Assembly: GCA_037379345.1 (NCBI GenBank)
Contig: CM074517.1
Location: 48,778,577 to 48,842,576 of the forward strand
Direction of reading: 5' to 3'
Source: Perna viridis
Lineage: Eukaryota
DNA length: 64,000 bases
The position numbers were made by a program, and so were the translations under genes. Under the pieces are notes generated by a model. It saw only the letters and a program-made list of their open reading frames with translations. It was not told the origin of the DNA and made no database searches. Positions within the stretch are counted from its first letter, which is position 1, and each line of letters starts with the position of its first letter. Below are positions 12,401 to 26,824 of this stretch, one piece after another.

Positions 12401-15400
12401 TTGAGTATTTTTAAGCTAAGTAGATTTCCATCCATATTCACCCTACATATTTCTTTTTTAAGATCACTCCATTGTAGCCACAACACCTGCTCAGAATTCC
12501 TTCATGTATTCCTCTGTGAGAAAGTTTCTGTTTGTTCCACTTACCAAACATTTGTTCCATTTAAGCTTGTACATTTTCACATTAATATCTAATGCTTTAT
12601 TCTCTAAGCACATGTTAGTTTATTTCCTTGTAGCCACCACCAAACATTTGTTCGTTTTCCCTAAGCAGTCTTTACCCTTACATCCACCTCTATGTAGCTT
12701 CAACAGCTTTGTCTAAATTCTATGACCCTTGTGTTTAAGCAAGACCGTCTTTTATAGAAGCAAACGGAACATAAAGACTTTTATGTTCCAGTCATAACAA
12801 TCTATTTCTGCCTATTTGCTTCTAGATTTCAATACATTTAATGATTCCATTCGCTTGTTTTTATTTTCTAATCCAGGACGTTTATTTGATAACCCTTTAC
12901 TCCAATTAATATTACTTTCAAAATGGTTCACAAGTTTTCATTTGAAATGTTTTATTGAAATCCCAATATTTCGAAATTATCTATCTCAGCATAAAAATGT
13001 CTTGCAGCTCCTGGGCTCTTCAACACACTATTATTATTTTACGCTGTTTTTACTTCTCCTTACCATAATAAAAGTATCTTTTCTTGTTTATTATGGAAAT
13101 GAAGAAAGAAAGGACTAATAAAACAAAAGTAAAATATCAGTGCTGAAGACAGGAGAATAAAATTAAGCAATAGAAATACAATATCCTCCTGGTTGTAGTA
13201 AAATGAATCTAAAATTACTTCTATTAAATCTTTATGAGCACATAAATGTACGGGGCTATTACAATTATGCATGTAGCTTTAAGTATTTCAATTTCGAGAG
13301 ATTGAAAATAAAATTTTAATTATCTGAAAATGATTCGATAATTGATAAAGGGGAATAGAAAAACAAGCATTTTATTTCGTAATAATTTTTAATGTGTGAT
13401 TTATACGATAATTTAATGCTGTGATAGAGTTTTACTGAATTAAGCCCATTTCTCGTATTTCTAGATTTAATATTGACCAAAACAGAAATAAAGTGCCATA
13501 TTTCCAGTCGAAAACCAGAAAGTTAGGAAAAGATTATAACATATTCAATTAATCTTTTTTTAGTTTAGAAATTCTATCGATGGCTGAAGCGGAATTACGG
13601 TACAAAGACAAGCCAATAGCTTTATTATAGCCCTCTCATATGGGGTGGGTCTACTTTTGCGCAGTAATACACTCGCGGTACAAAAATATCCTATCTGATC
13701 TGCTTCCTCCGCCATCAGTAATTAATATCAGAGAATTTTATATGTTTTCTCATAAGGTTTTAGTGCTAAACTTTAATAGCGCGTTGTAATTCAACACCAT
13801 ATATAATAATTCAAATTGAACGCGGGTTTCTTTGGTTAACATTGATAAGATTTTAGAATAATTTTTTGTGGCGAAAATAATGACTAGATGGAATGACAAA
13901 ATCAAAGCAATAAACTTTTAGAAATAACTTTTCTTTCAAATTATTTAACTTTGATTTCATTTCTAAAAGTTTCAGTAGAAGTTTTGAAGCTAAAGGCTAC
14001 TGAATAAGTGTCGTCTGCTGAAGGGTGTCATTTGTCAAAAGACCGTGGAACAAAGCTTTTAGACGAAAAAAAACAGCAAGGTAAGAACTGATTTTATTCT
14101 CTGCATTAAACATCAAAATGCGCGTTGATTGTCTTCTTGGTGTTAGGTTTAGGCGCAATAAACATTTGACAGGCTTAGAAGCCGTAATGGAGTTTTTATT
14201 TCCCGCCACGTTTTTATTTTACACCCTTGCCGTGCCATTTTATACCGAAACTTTATGGCAATCAAATTTTGATGACCTAGATTGGAGAAAATAATTCATC
14301 CATCGTACTCGGACGCATTAAAACTCCGTTTTTTTTCAGTAAGAAATTAGCATTAACAGAAGTTACGTTAAAATAAAAAGAACATAAAATACGTAATTTA
14401 GTTTTAAATGCATTTTTTGGGGGTTCTTTTTATGGCTAATTTTGTGTGTTTTTGTCGCTCTGACATAGGTAGATTTTGTAACAGATATACGGTTTTATTC
14501 ACGGCTCATAATTTTTGTTAGGATTGTGCATTTCATTTCTTATTGTTTTATTATTGTAAATATATGTCTTTAAGATGATAGTTTAATTTTTTTTATCATT
14601 TACATGTTGTACATTATTTACCAAGTATCATAATAGAATATTAATTGTGACATTTTATCCAATAACATCAACTCAAATTTTTCTTTCTCCTTTGGATAAA
14701 AAAAGACAACAATGTCACTTGTATATTTTTTCTCACATTACTCCATTTTCTCGACGAAAGATGAGAGGGAAAGGAAGAAAACATTTCATTCATTGTAGAA
14801 AATAATTTGTCTTTTTACTTTAATTGTTGAAATAGTGAATTTCAATTTATCAACCCAATAGGATTTATTTGTATATATTCAAATAAATTGAAATAAATAC
14901 CTATTTAGATATCTTATACGTATAACATACTCCAGGCACAAAACGTTGTGTCACCACAATCGTCGCCATGTGATTAATTTTTCACTTCTGTAACACAAAT
15001 TAAGAAAATTTGGTGTCTTTCCTCCAATGTTCTAATATTACAAGAATGACTTATACGAAACTTACACTAGTTCTTTACTGCTTGTTGATTTACACTATTT
15101 AAGATGAAGTTTTAATTTCACTTTTTAATAAGGGAGGACGTTCAAGGACAATGCATTATTTAGTACACTTCTTTTTCCTTTTTTAATGGAAATTTGAAAA
15201 TACAAAAAATGTACTTTCAATATTAGTGTTTCAATTTGTTAAATGCAAATTATCACTTGGACAGGATGCAGGTATGTATACTATTTTATATTTTGAATAC
15301 TGTAAAATTATTGCTTTCCTTAGTACCCCCGAATCAGATTATAAATTTAATTATGTCTATGTAAATAGAAACTGACTTCGGTAAAGTTAATTATTTAAAC

Positions 15401-15445
15401 AAACATTTCAGACCCTTCCATGTATATATATATATATATATATAC

Positions 15446-15583
15446 GTCTCAGAATTTGTGTCAAATTTACGAAGCAACATTTTTGTCGTTCCCTCCGCGG
15501 GACTCGAACTCGTATCGCTGTGACATCTATGGCAACACCGCATGCACAAAGCCCAGCACCATAGACCACTCGGCCAGGTAAAC
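15446..15583 (-). mobile_element. tRNA-derived SINE head (Pol III A and B boxes) next to a (TA)n microsatellite
   Basis: Minus-strand TGGCCGAGTGG (A box, 15566-15576) and GAGTTCGAGTCC (B box, 15500-15511). No intact cloverleaf or acceptor stem. (TA)n at about 15423-15444. Confidence 0.75.
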
Positions 15584-16473
15584 TTTATATATATTATTTT
15601 AATTAACTTGAAGTGACAAAATCTGAGGAATTCCATTTTGAAAAATGTTACAGCGTTTACATATTTAATTTTGCGACATCAAAGAAACCTTATCAAACCC
15701 ACCCAACTGGGTTTCATTTCAACAGGATAAGCCCACTAGAATCCACAACCATAAATGCTAAAGCACAAATATAGAAAATTGGAACACACAGCAATTTAGA
15801 CCCCATAAATCAGATAAAAAAGAACTTGTTAATTTACAATTGGTAATAACTGTTGAAACTTAGATAAAGGAAGGAGACAAGTAAAAGACACACCGTTTTA
15901 AGTACTTGATTTACAGCCCCAAAGACCGCCCGCATCGATACAAATTTAAACGGTAGAAAAGAAGCAAATTTTTGAAAGGTTAGAAATGTATCTCTATAAT
16001 GTGCTAAATAAATAAGCAGTTTCTTTTTTGCTAAGATAAGTTTTCACACCGAAAAAGTAAAGACTTAGCGAGTATATAATGATTATTATATACGAAAAGA
16101 AAGGTTATTTGTAGCAAAAGTTTAAGAATTCATATCAAATAATTAGCTAGATGGTCTTGCTCTTCTCTTGGTGCGAATGAACTTACTATGGATGAATATC
16201 AAACAAACATTTATAACTACACTGTACTTTAAGTTTTACATTGTTGTACAACTTCATTCCAAGAATTAAACGGTAGAAGACCACGTAAGTTGGAAATCGT
16301 TATAAACTAAAATATTCTGCTATATGTTGTAATAAAGTTAGGGAGGGAAAATTATTTCTCATGATTTTCATACAAATTATACATGATTTCCACCTGATTT
16401 GAGCAAATAAACTTAAAGGAGAAACTGACCAGATCTTGACTATTGTCAATATGAAATTGGTGTTAATCGAGCC

Positions 16474-16600
16474 TTCACGTGAAATTCAATGTTAAGTAAA
16501 TTTCATTTGATAATCAAGTTTATTTCATGTGAAGTTCACGTGAATTTCATGTGAAGCTCGATTAACATGAATTTCACGTGAAAAATATTTGCCTGTGTAG
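16474..16600. mobile_element. Probable terminus of a non-autonomous DNA element with repeated TTCACGTGAA palindromes
   Basis: Five TTCA(C/T)GTGAA units ending in TTTGCCTGTGTAG; no matching opposite end found. Confidence 0.45.
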
Positions 16601-18900
16601 TAGGGAGAAATGTCCACTAGACAGAGTATTTCATAGCCCATAACATGATCTGAACAGTTTCTCGTCAAAGAAATAACGCAAAAACATAATGAAAATATGT
16701 AAGTAAATGCGTTTCTTTTTTCTTATATATTCTTCTTTAAGTTGTGAAAGAGTAATCAAGGGAACCAAAACTCTAGCAGAAATCTTATCTCTGCTTTTGG
16801 TTTTTATGTACACCTTTTCAGTATCGTTCTTCACCACTGTTAAATGTTTTTATTGACTCGGACATGAAACTGATGAACCCTGAAGGTGTCACATGACGAA
16901 TTTCAGTTGCTGCTTACTTTGATCTAATTAAGTTAAGGTTCGGGTATTGTTTAAATTGATTTTCGATTTGATTACTTCAGAACACGCTATCTTTGAGAGA
17001 GTTTCGTTTCCCTTCATACCGACAAGTCTGGGCAACGTCAGATGCGAGCTTTGTAAATGCAAAATGATGTCTCGGTTTTGATCAAAGCTATGTTTCCTTT
17101 CAAGTCGATAGAGTTCGTTTTAGACGAAGTGAACGTCTTTCAGTGGAATTAATACGATATGCTAAGTTAAGAAAGACAACTCCGTTTGACTTAAGGTGAT
17201 TTATACCGCTACATCATGATTTTTATGTATAATAAAATCACATTTTATATAGTTCTGCTTGCCTAGCTGTTTATTCAGTTTAAACATTAGGTGCATGCGT
17301 ATTGGTGTTTTTTTTCTTTTTACGATCTTTCTGAATCAAATCACAGTTTTTTTTTGTGTTACTTATGGTGTCCTAATTTTCTTTTGTAATTATATTTGAT
17401 TTAAGTCGTAAATGTTAAGATATGTGTGCACTTAAGACAAATAGTGACTAAATATGGCTGTGTTGTTTCCTATAATTGGAAACTACCGAATCCTTTTATT
17501 TCTATTGATGACGTCATTTTTGTCGCTTTGGACGTGAAGAGTATTTGAATATTTTATCGCCTTCTTTTTTAAGAGGTGATCAATGGCTATAAACTATAGC
17601 TATTTATTTACAATCCACTTCCAACTAGATATGACGAATACCACAAAACAAAATAATGAAATAAGAAATACAAATAGGAAAAGTTAAGTGTTTAAACTGA
17701 GGCTATAAAGACGTTACAGTCATATTGTGTGGTCCAGCCTACACGTGGGACCCGCTCCCTTTTTGTAGCCTTTTGAAATTCTTGTTATTTTCATTTAAGC
17801 CTATGAAATTGAAATATAACTCGAATGTGACTTGCCTTACTGTGAAGTCATACCCTGAAAGAACCATCGCAAAAACGAGTGTTATTTTCTCTTAAGAAGT
17901 TTTTACTGTGTACATAAACACATTTATAGTCCGGAAACAAAAATCTGTTGTAAAATTATCAATTTACCAAAAATTCCAAGAATCCCTTTCAGTTGAACTA
18001 GATATTGTCATTGTACCGTTTAATAAGTAATTTAAAGTATACAGCATTTTGAACCTCTTTTCTGGCTGCTGAATCCATAAAGCAAAATGGTTCATTTAAA
18101 AAATATATCGAGCACTGATCATTTCGAGTACAAAATGTCTGGTTAATTTTGCAAGCTGCTATTGGTTACACGGTAAAATTAAACAACTTGCACACGGAAC
18201 TGCAACATTCAGAAAAGGAAACAGTAATTCAAACGGATCATATAACATAAAATAGACAAGAGTTCAAGTAAACAAATTCCTGACTTTTAACTGGCGCATA
18301 AAATGCATAAAATGGAGTCTTAAGTAAACCATTCTATTGATGTAGACACTTGTAAGAAGTGTGTACAGTTCTATTACAGTATACAATGTTCTATTTTCAA
18401 CAATTGTAAAATTTAATTGTGAAATAAAAGAGGGCCTTCCGAAGCTTGAATTGATTGTAAAATGCAAATGAGAACTTGAAATAATCATTGTACACAAACT
18501 GAGTTTGTTTAAATGAAATAGAAGTCGTCATGCTTTATATGATATGAGACAGTAAGTTACTTCTAATAAAGCACTTGTGGAAAAGTTGATTAAACTTTGT
18601 TATGTAAACTTGAAACCATTGCCGGACATGTAAACTCTTGGAATGGCTCAAGTTGTTTTAGTAAAGCAGCGTTTTTTTTTTTTTTTTTTTTTGCTTATTT
18701 GCGAGATAAGTTGCTTTGCCGTGTAAGCTATTTTTTCTGTCGCGTGATAGTTTGGTTGCTGTCAATGATTTTATGTCAAAGTAACTTGGCTCTGTATCAG
18801 CAAGTTTGCGTTTTATTTTTGGTCTTCTTTTTCGAAGTTAATGAGTAATAATGGTGGCATGACTCAATGCAGCACTCATATACATTGTATATATGACAAT

Positions 18901-18983
18901 GTAACCTGAATATAACACTGTCATTCCGCAGCTTACAAACCGTAACCTGAATGTAACCCTGTCAGTCCGTGGCTTACAAACCG
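18901..18983. repeat. Tandem duplication, 41 bp x 2
   Basis: GTAACCTGAAT.TAAC.CTGTCA.TCCG..GCTTACAAACC occurs twice in tandem. Confidence 0.85.
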
Positions 18984-19068
18984 AAGTTTGTTATACAATG
19001 CATATTTATCCTTTATTGGTTTTTAAGTTGTTTTTTGATCAATGTCCTCTATCTGAAATAAAAATTAT

Positions 19069-19615
19069 TGACAGTGCCTTTTTAAGCTTACTGTGACAAT
19101 GTCGTTCCATGCATTTTGCGACTGATTTTTCATGCTTTCTGTGACAATGCTTTTTGATGCATTCTGTAAGAATATCATTACTTGCTAAAATGATTCCACA
19201 GGTTCTTTGAAAGTGCTGTTTTATGCTTTCGGTGAAAATTACATTTCATTCATTTTGTGACAAAGCCATTGCCTGCTTTTTTTTTCGATAATGCCATTCC
19301 ATACCTTACATGACAGTGCCATTTAATGTGTTCTACAACAGTCTGTGGCATTGCCATTTCATACTTTCTTCACATGCTTTCCCGGGTAATGTCATTCAAT
19401 ACATTATGTGACAATGCCGTTTCATTCATTCTGTACAACGCCATGTCATACATTCTGTGAAAATATCATTCTATGCTTTCTTTGACTATGTCGTTCGACG
19501 CATTCCGTGTCAATGACATTTCATGCTCTCTGTGACAATGCCATAATACATTGTGTGTCAATGCCATTCCATGCATTCCGTGGATATGCCATTCCGTGCA
19601 TTTCTGACAATAACA
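19069..19615. repeat. Highly degenerate minisatellite (~26-bp unit TGTGACAATGCCATTCCATGCATTCT)
   Basis: Recurrent GTGACAATG / GCCATT / CATGC(A/T)TT words at regular spacing. Confidence 0.8.
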
Positions 19616-20429
19616 TTTATTTTTCCTGCATTGAAGTGACCTGGTTTTTGTTCCAATAAGCCAACATTAAAAACGCATTGACAAGAACGCATTGATAATA
19701 GATATTGTTTTCAATAATTAATCGGTACTTATGATTTTATGATAATTTTATCTTTTAGCACATTTCAGAATACATTTAAACAATTTATAAATAGTTAAAA
19801 ACACATTAGGCAATGAAATCCTAGAAAATATTTATTCATTTCTAGTAATAAAACTTTGAATCTTTTATAAGTTACAAGAAACTCCAGTTGTCTGATAAAA
19901 TATTAAATTCCTGTAACCGCCATTCATCCATTTATCTGCTGTATTCAATATCCAAAACAAAAGTAATACAAACGTTAAACAATTGATTTTAACTTAAGTA
20001 AAATCCTGTTTTGCGCAAGGTGTCTATTTCCAGCGATTTGCTGTGGTCTGTTAAAATATCAATTATTTCAGAAGGTGCAAAGGAAATACTGATCGACAGG
20101 ACAATGTAATAGTAACTCGTAATAATAGAATGTAAACTTGTGTCTTTTTTTTTTCACTTTCATGTTTATTTTTGCATTGAATTATCATTATTGAAGTATA
20201 TAGTGGATGATCGAAATATCTTTTTAACTCCGTGTGACCAGTTTCTGATTTGTTTATATGTGAACTAGAAAACTAGCTGGTTTTTTTGGTAATAGCAACA
20301 TTCAATAGATGTTTTACATGTATTCTGGTACACCTATGTAGAAACATTGGTATGCAGATAAACATCCACGTTTTACAAATGTACAGTTGTTGAGAAACGA
20401 AGATTGGAATACAAATATCAAAATAAAAA

Positions 20430-20660
20430 AATTAAATAAAATTGACAAACACAGTGGTTGGGAGCACACAGAAAGCGAAAAGGATGTGGAACAATATATG
20501 ATGGGTAAAACCAGGTGTTTGCTAAATGGATACACGAAGGGTAATATTAAGGGAAAAACCGGAAAGTCTGAATCCATCGCAGTGGTCCTTACTTGGTACA
20601 GGCATTTCTGTTAGAAATAATAGATTAAACCTGGTTTTATAGCGTGTTAAACCTCCCGTG
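20430..20660. mobile_element. Fragment of a bivalve (Mytilus-like) interspersed repeat
   Basis: ACTTGGTACAGGCATTTC...GATTAAACCTGGTTTTATAGC...TAAACCTC matches a repeat I recall as abundant in mytilid genomes; family not determined. Confidence 0.45.
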
Positions 20661-22268
20661 TCCAATACGGTTTTATATTTTGGTAGATTTTTCAACAGAA
20701 TCCATTGTAGGTGATAATTGGGTTGCATGCAGTCTTTCCATTAGTTTCAAGAAAATACCCCTCCTTTCTGTTCATAATGTGTACATTTGAATTGTCTTTG
20801 TTTTACATAAAAATAGAACTTCTTCAACATAAGACGCAGGATCAAAGAGAACTTGAAAATTCACCGTGATTGGTCTTTTAAAACAATAGTCTACAAATGA
20901 ATTTCTAGAAGAAGCAACAATAAAAAGCTAAAGAAATTACACGAAACATAGTTATGGCATAATGAGATAATTAGATGTTGTACATTTACGCTGACACTTT
21001 ACAATTTGGGGAATTTTTCCCCTTTAGGATAAATATCACCATGAAAAAAACATGAATTTCGGGGGAGAGGGGCGGGGGTAATTTTAAGTATGACTGAGAG
21101 GGAAATTGTTATGATAGGTGTTTTTAAAATCAACAAGCTTAAATCACAAAAGACATTGGAATAGGAAATTTTTTGACATAGCAATGAGTAATGAACTAAA
21201 AAGCACATATGACTTGTTCAAATAATGATTTGCAATAATGGGAATGTGAAACAATATCTTGTTCAATAAAAGTTTAGAATGTTTTAAAAGTCTAGGATAC
21301 CCAACATGTAATTTGTCAGTGGAAAAACAAAAAGCCTCCTTGTTCGATACCAATTTGATCCATAAAAGCACGTTTTGTCTGCTGAAGATGACAAAAATTT
21401 GAATTTCATACAGAACAAAGAGATTACCTCCCCGTTATCATATTGAATGTACGAGAATAACGCATGTGGTAAGATGTGAAATAAATTTATTGCAATTTAA
21501 TGTAAATTTTGGTCACTGATATGCCTTTACATAGAGTATGTGTTACGATTTAGGTTATTGTTACAATGAATTTAACTGCGTGTCTGTAAAAAGTATACGA
21601 TACAAATCAAAGGTTGAAATATAAAAACTTGCTAAGTCAAAGCGATTGTAGATACAGACTTAATTCTTGTCCAGAATTATCCCACTTGATTATTTCAGTC
21701 CCTCACGTATCCCCTGGTTCACTCTTACGTCAGGTTTTCTTTCGTAACCGATCTGTTTTGTCTCCGGGATTAGAATTAATTTTCTGTTCACCTGTGCATG
21801 ATTGACGCAAGTTAATCAGTTTCATCAAGTTACATTAATCGACGGAAACATACAATTTATACCTAAAAATCATGAATTATCCATCGTTTATTCAAAAATG
21901 TTACTATAGAATTTCATTGGATTGGCGTAACCGCACAAGACTAACAGTTGCCTAACGGAGTAAATAACGGGAAGGAACCGTGTCATATCCGTATATGTTG
22001 GTGTCGCTTTCCCTTAAATGTTCTTGCTATGTCTAATGTTTTGCAAACCCTTTGTTGAATAGGGTGTTGACATTGATTTCATATTACTAGAATGTGGGGA
22101 GCGTAAAATAGAATATGTTTATAATAATTTAATTATGTATACATTTCGTATTCATGTTTACAAACTCATTTTCGAGTATGATTTACTAATAATAATCTCC
22201 ACATCACGTTAATTGTCGGTCATTTTTAGTCCCTTATGACAAAAAGATTTAGAAGATGTAGCATTATA

Positions 22269-22452
22269 GTACTCTCGCTGGACTCGATGTGTACTCAGGT
22301 AGGTCTCAATATGTACTCTTGGAAGTCTCAATATGTACTCTGGTAGGTCTCCGTGTGTATTCTGGTAGGTTTCAATGTATACTCTGGTAGGACTCGATGT
22401 GTACTCTGGTAGGACTTGATTTATACTCAGGTAGGTCTCAATGTGTACTCTC
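22269..22452. repeat. Minisatellite, 22-bp unit x ~8
   Basis: Unit GTACTCTGGTAGGTCTCAATAT; starts at 22269, 22291, 22313, 22335, 22357, 22379, 22401, 22423 and 22445. Confidence 0.92.
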
Positions 22453-23511
22453 ATGGATGTACTTTATCAGATCCCAAGAAGTACCCTGACGGGTTCAAGG
22501 TGTGCGCACGCTGGTTCAGGGTTAATATTCGCGGGTCTCACAAGGCTATTAATATCCTTGTTTATATAGAGTAAACTTAGTATCATCATATAAGTGTATG
22601 TTATGAACCTTTTTTTGTCCTATTTCTCTACTCTTAGGCTCAACCATTTTTTATTTTCCTCCATGTTTTCACCTTTTATTTTCCTTATGAATTTATGAGT
22701 ACTCATTAAAAACCGTACTCATTAAAAACAATACATGTTTGTTAATGAAGCAGAATGTTGACGGAGGGAGAGTGAAAGAACAGTTTCTTTGAAGTAACAA
22801 AAATATGATTTGATTGCTCTGTATAAGATAGTTCTGTCCAATAAATGTCGCCCTTTCTTGTCTTTTTGTAGAATTAACTTGAATCATAAATTATGACAAC
22901 ACGTGACTTTTCCATTCGGAAGATTTACGGTTCTCTTCTTTTTTCTCTGGTGTTATCTGACATATCACTTTTGCAATATTTTGTTATATACGATAATTTG
23001 ACAACAATGTTCCTTATAAATCTAGGATGATGTATGCTTCTATTAATGATGAATTTCTAGAAGCTGAATAGGTTGTTTGACCTCAAACAAAACGTTTTAC
23101 CCCAGTATGATAAAGGTATCAAATTATAACAATAGATGATTTATTGTAGAAAAACGCTTGTCATCTTAGATTGGATAAATTAGGATGAATTTAGCGTGAA
23201 TATAGAAAAAGAGACCCTCTTGAGTTTCAATTTTCATTGTGCAGTGTAAATTTATGATGACCAGTCGTTTAGTATTGTGTTCTAAATTATGCCACGTAAT
23301 GCTATTCTGACGTGATCTGATAGAGAATTATACAAAAATGTGTATTGTTACACGGTTTGTGAACGTAGATGCCGACAAAAAAATTCAAGGCATCAAAATA
23401 GAAGGGCAGTTTAGAGATATCCTAGTACATGGTCCAAACGGAAAAACAGGAAAAAGAGACGATCTCCATACACATTGTAGCTAAATAAACGACAGTAGCA
23501 CATTAGACCTG

Positions 23512-23620
23512 AAGATAAAGAAAACAAGACATCACACAAAAAAACTTAAGATAAAGAAATTAAGACATCACACAAAAAACTTAAGATAAAGAAAACAAGA
23601 CATCACACAAAAAACTTAAG
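23512..23620. repeat. Tandem repeat, 35-36 bp x 3
   Basis: AAGATAAAGAAAACAAGACATCACACAAAAAACTT occurs three times. Confidence 0.92.
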
Positions 23621-23752
23621 CACTTACAATATGAACTCTCAGTCAAAATGAAAAAAAATATAAAAAAAAAAAACGGCTCCTACATAAAAACCACAGGATG
23701 TGAGCCCGGATTTAAAAAAAAATTGTTCCCGCTGAACATGCCTTCCTCGGAT

Positions 23753-24281
23753 ATATCGAACCAATCACGCAACACAATACAGTGTACAGTAAGTTGACAT
23801 ATCGAACCAATTACACAATACAATACAATACAGTGTACAGTAAGTTGACATATCGAACCAATCACACAATACAATACAATACAGTGTACAGTAAGTTGAC
23901 AAATCGAACCAATTACACAATACAATACAATACAGTGTACAGTAAGTTGACATATCGAACCAATCACGCAATACAATACAGTGTACAGTAAGTTGACAAA
24001 TCGAACCAATTACACAATACAATACAATACAGTGTACAGTAAGTTGACAAATCGAACCAATCACACAATACAATACAGTGTATAGTAAGTTGACAAATCG
24101 AACCAATTACACAATACAATACAATTCAGTGTACAGTAAGTTGACATATTGAACCAATCACACAATGCAATTCAGTGAACAGTAAGTTGACATATTGAAC
24201 CAATCACACAATACAATTCAGTGTACAGTAAGTTGACATATTGAACCAATCACACAATACAATACAATACAGTGTACAGTA
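23753..24281. repeat. Minisatellite, 46/51-bp unit x 11 with internal (CAATA)n length variation
   Basis: Unit TCGAACCAATCACACAATACAATA(CAATA)CAGTGTACAGTAAGTTGACATA; it explains the repetitive ORFs at 23680-24106. Confidence 0.97.
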
Positions 24282-25104
24282 ATTTGATGTTACTTAAGCT
24301 TATTGAACGTATGTTTTGAAAATCAATCCAACCAGATCTAAAAACCAATTTAATACACACTCGACTCATCTTTGGCGATGAAAAAAGCAGAACAAAAGCA
24401 AACAACAAAAGGAAAAAAAACAAAACAAAAATAAAGAACAAATGTAAACGATGTTCTCCCTGGAATACTCTATCATCGTCGATAGTTTGTCAGGCTTTTT
24501 TGTATGGTCCCAATTCACCATTGATTGAACCTAGTACATGCTTGAACAGGCCATCTCTTGGTTAACCGAATTTTAAAGCATGATTAGTTATGTTATGAAG
24601 TAGTCATTGATTAAATCTAACACACAGTTAAACAGGTAATCATTAACTAACACGTTAAATCCCTTTGACACACGTTAACCAATTATTCCTCGATTGTCTT
24701 TAGCTAACCGTTTACTGAGGATTATTGATTCAAACTAGTAAAATGTTAACTAGATCAGTAGATATGAACTATTGAGCTCTTTGTTGGTCAGCTAACCATT
24801 GATTCCATCTCAAGTAACTATCAAATGATTGTAGCCCGTGACATAGTTGATTCACTGTGGCTGATGGATAAATGTGAGGCTATTGATTAACTGGAGATCA
24901 GAGAGTATTGAATCACTACACCTCAAGATTGACCAGATTGTCACTGATTCACTCTAGCACATGTAAATCAAATAATCAATTACTACACTGTACAGATAAT
25001 GGGTGATTATTCATTCTCATCCGTTCACATATACCAAGCATTAATACATACGTCGGGCATACGATCAAAAGTGAACGATTTTCTCTAGGATTAGTTTATC
25101 AAGT

Positions 25105-25930
25105 TTTCATAAGTCATCATGGTTAGCCAGGCCATTAGTCATAAATCCTGGTTAGCCAAGTCATAAGTCATTAGTCCTGGGTAGTGAGGTCATTAGTCAT
25201 TTTAGCCAGGTCATTTGTCAATAGTCCTGGTTAGTGACGTCATTAATCATGAGTCATGGGTAGCCAGGTCACAAGTTATTAGTTATACATTGTATTTAGC
25301 CTGGTCATTAGTTCTGCTTAGCGGTGTCATTACTCATTATTCCTACTTAGCGAGGTCATTAGTTATCAGTCATTTTAGCCAGGTCATTAGTCAATACCCT
25401 GGTTAGCGAGGTCATTAGTCATGGGTAGCCAGGTGATGAGTCATTATTTAAAGATATCAAGGTCATTAATCATTAGTCCTTGGTTAGCCAGGTTATTTGT
25501 CATAATTCATGGGTAGCAAGGTAATTGGTCATTAATAATGTTTCATAAAAAAGAAGTCATTGATCAAGTTTAGCCAGGTATTTATTCATCAGTCAATGTT
25601 AGCCAGACCATTAGTCATTAATCATGGTTAGCTAGCATAATCATTAATCATGGCTGATCAGGTCATTAGTCATTAATCATGGTAAGCCTAGCATTATCAT
25701 TAATCATGGCTGATCAGGTCATTAGTCATTAATCATGGTAAACCAAGCATCAGTCATTGATTATGTTTAACGAAGCCATTAGTCCTGGTAAGTTAGGTAT
25801 TTGATCATTAGTCATTAGTCCAGGTTAGTGAGGTCATCAGTAATTAGCCAAGGGTAGTCAGTTCATTTGTCATTAATCATGGTTAGCAAGGTCATGAATG
25901 ATGAACTCGATCGTACCTGGTTAGTCAAAT
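25105..25930. repeat. Degenerate minisatellite (~29-bp unit GGTCATTAGTCATTAATCATGGTTAGCCA)
   Basis: Dense recurrence of GTCATTA and GGTTAGCCA words. Confidence 0.88.
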
Positions 25931-26149
25931 TCACTGGAACATGTTACTACTGATTCTCTCTAGGTCATGGATAGCATGTCAACCACTTAATCATCTCATT
26001 ACATATACAGATGGCTAACGAACACTAGTTTTCGCCCAAAGGGTAATGTTCATCATGTTACAATTAAAAGTCATCATACCACAAGGCTTGACAGGCAAAA
26101 CAATGATCAACAAATAGTGAACATTTATTGATTTGTTTTAGGACAAAAC

Positions 26150-26824
26150 TGGCCAAGTCACCACTGATTCACTCTAGCACATGGTACATTATAGGATTTG
26201 GCTGACCAAGTCACCACCAATTCACTTCAACTCATGGGGCGTTCTAGGATTTGGCTGACCAAGTCACCACCAATTCACTTCAACTCATGGTGCGTTCTAG
26301 GATTTGGCTGACCAAGTCACCACCAATTCACTTCAACTCATGGTGAGTTCTATGATTTGGCTGACCAAGTCACCAGTGGTCCACTCTAGCACATGGTACA
26401 TTATAGGATTTGGCTGACCAAGTCACCACCAATTCACTTCAACTCATGGTGCGTTCTAGGATTTGGCTGACCAAGTCACCACCAATTCACTTCAACTCAT
26501 GGTGCGTTCTAGGATTTGGCTGACCAAGTCACCAGTGGTCCACTCTAGCACATGGTTCATTTTAGGATATGACTGATCAAGTCACCACCGATTCTCTCTT
26601 GCACATTGTTCATTCTAGGATTTGGCTGACCAACTGATGTAATCACTGATTCACTTTAGCACATGGTTCATCCTAGACCATGGCTGACCAAGTCACAACC
26701 GATTTACAATAGCCCATGGTACATTCTATGATTTGGCTGATCAACTAAATCTTCACTGATTTACTCTAGCACATGGTTCATTCTAAGACATGGCTGACAA
26801 AGTCACACGATTCATTCTAGCACA
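26150..26824. repeat. Minisatellite, 53-bp unit x ~12 with two unit subtypes
   Basis: Unit GGATTTGGCTGACCAAGTCACCACCAATTCACTTCAACTCATGGTGCGTTCTA; starts at 26194, 26247, 26300, 26353, 26406, 26459 and 26512. Confidence 0.95.

Noticed and set aside
15490-15583. Functional tRNA gene
   Set aside because: A and B boxes are present but there is no acceptor or anticodon stem pairing; treated as a SINE head.
16865-16910. CTGATGA-ACC..GGT as a hammerhead
   Set aside because: The stem II-like ACC/GGT is followed by GTCA, not the required GAAA.
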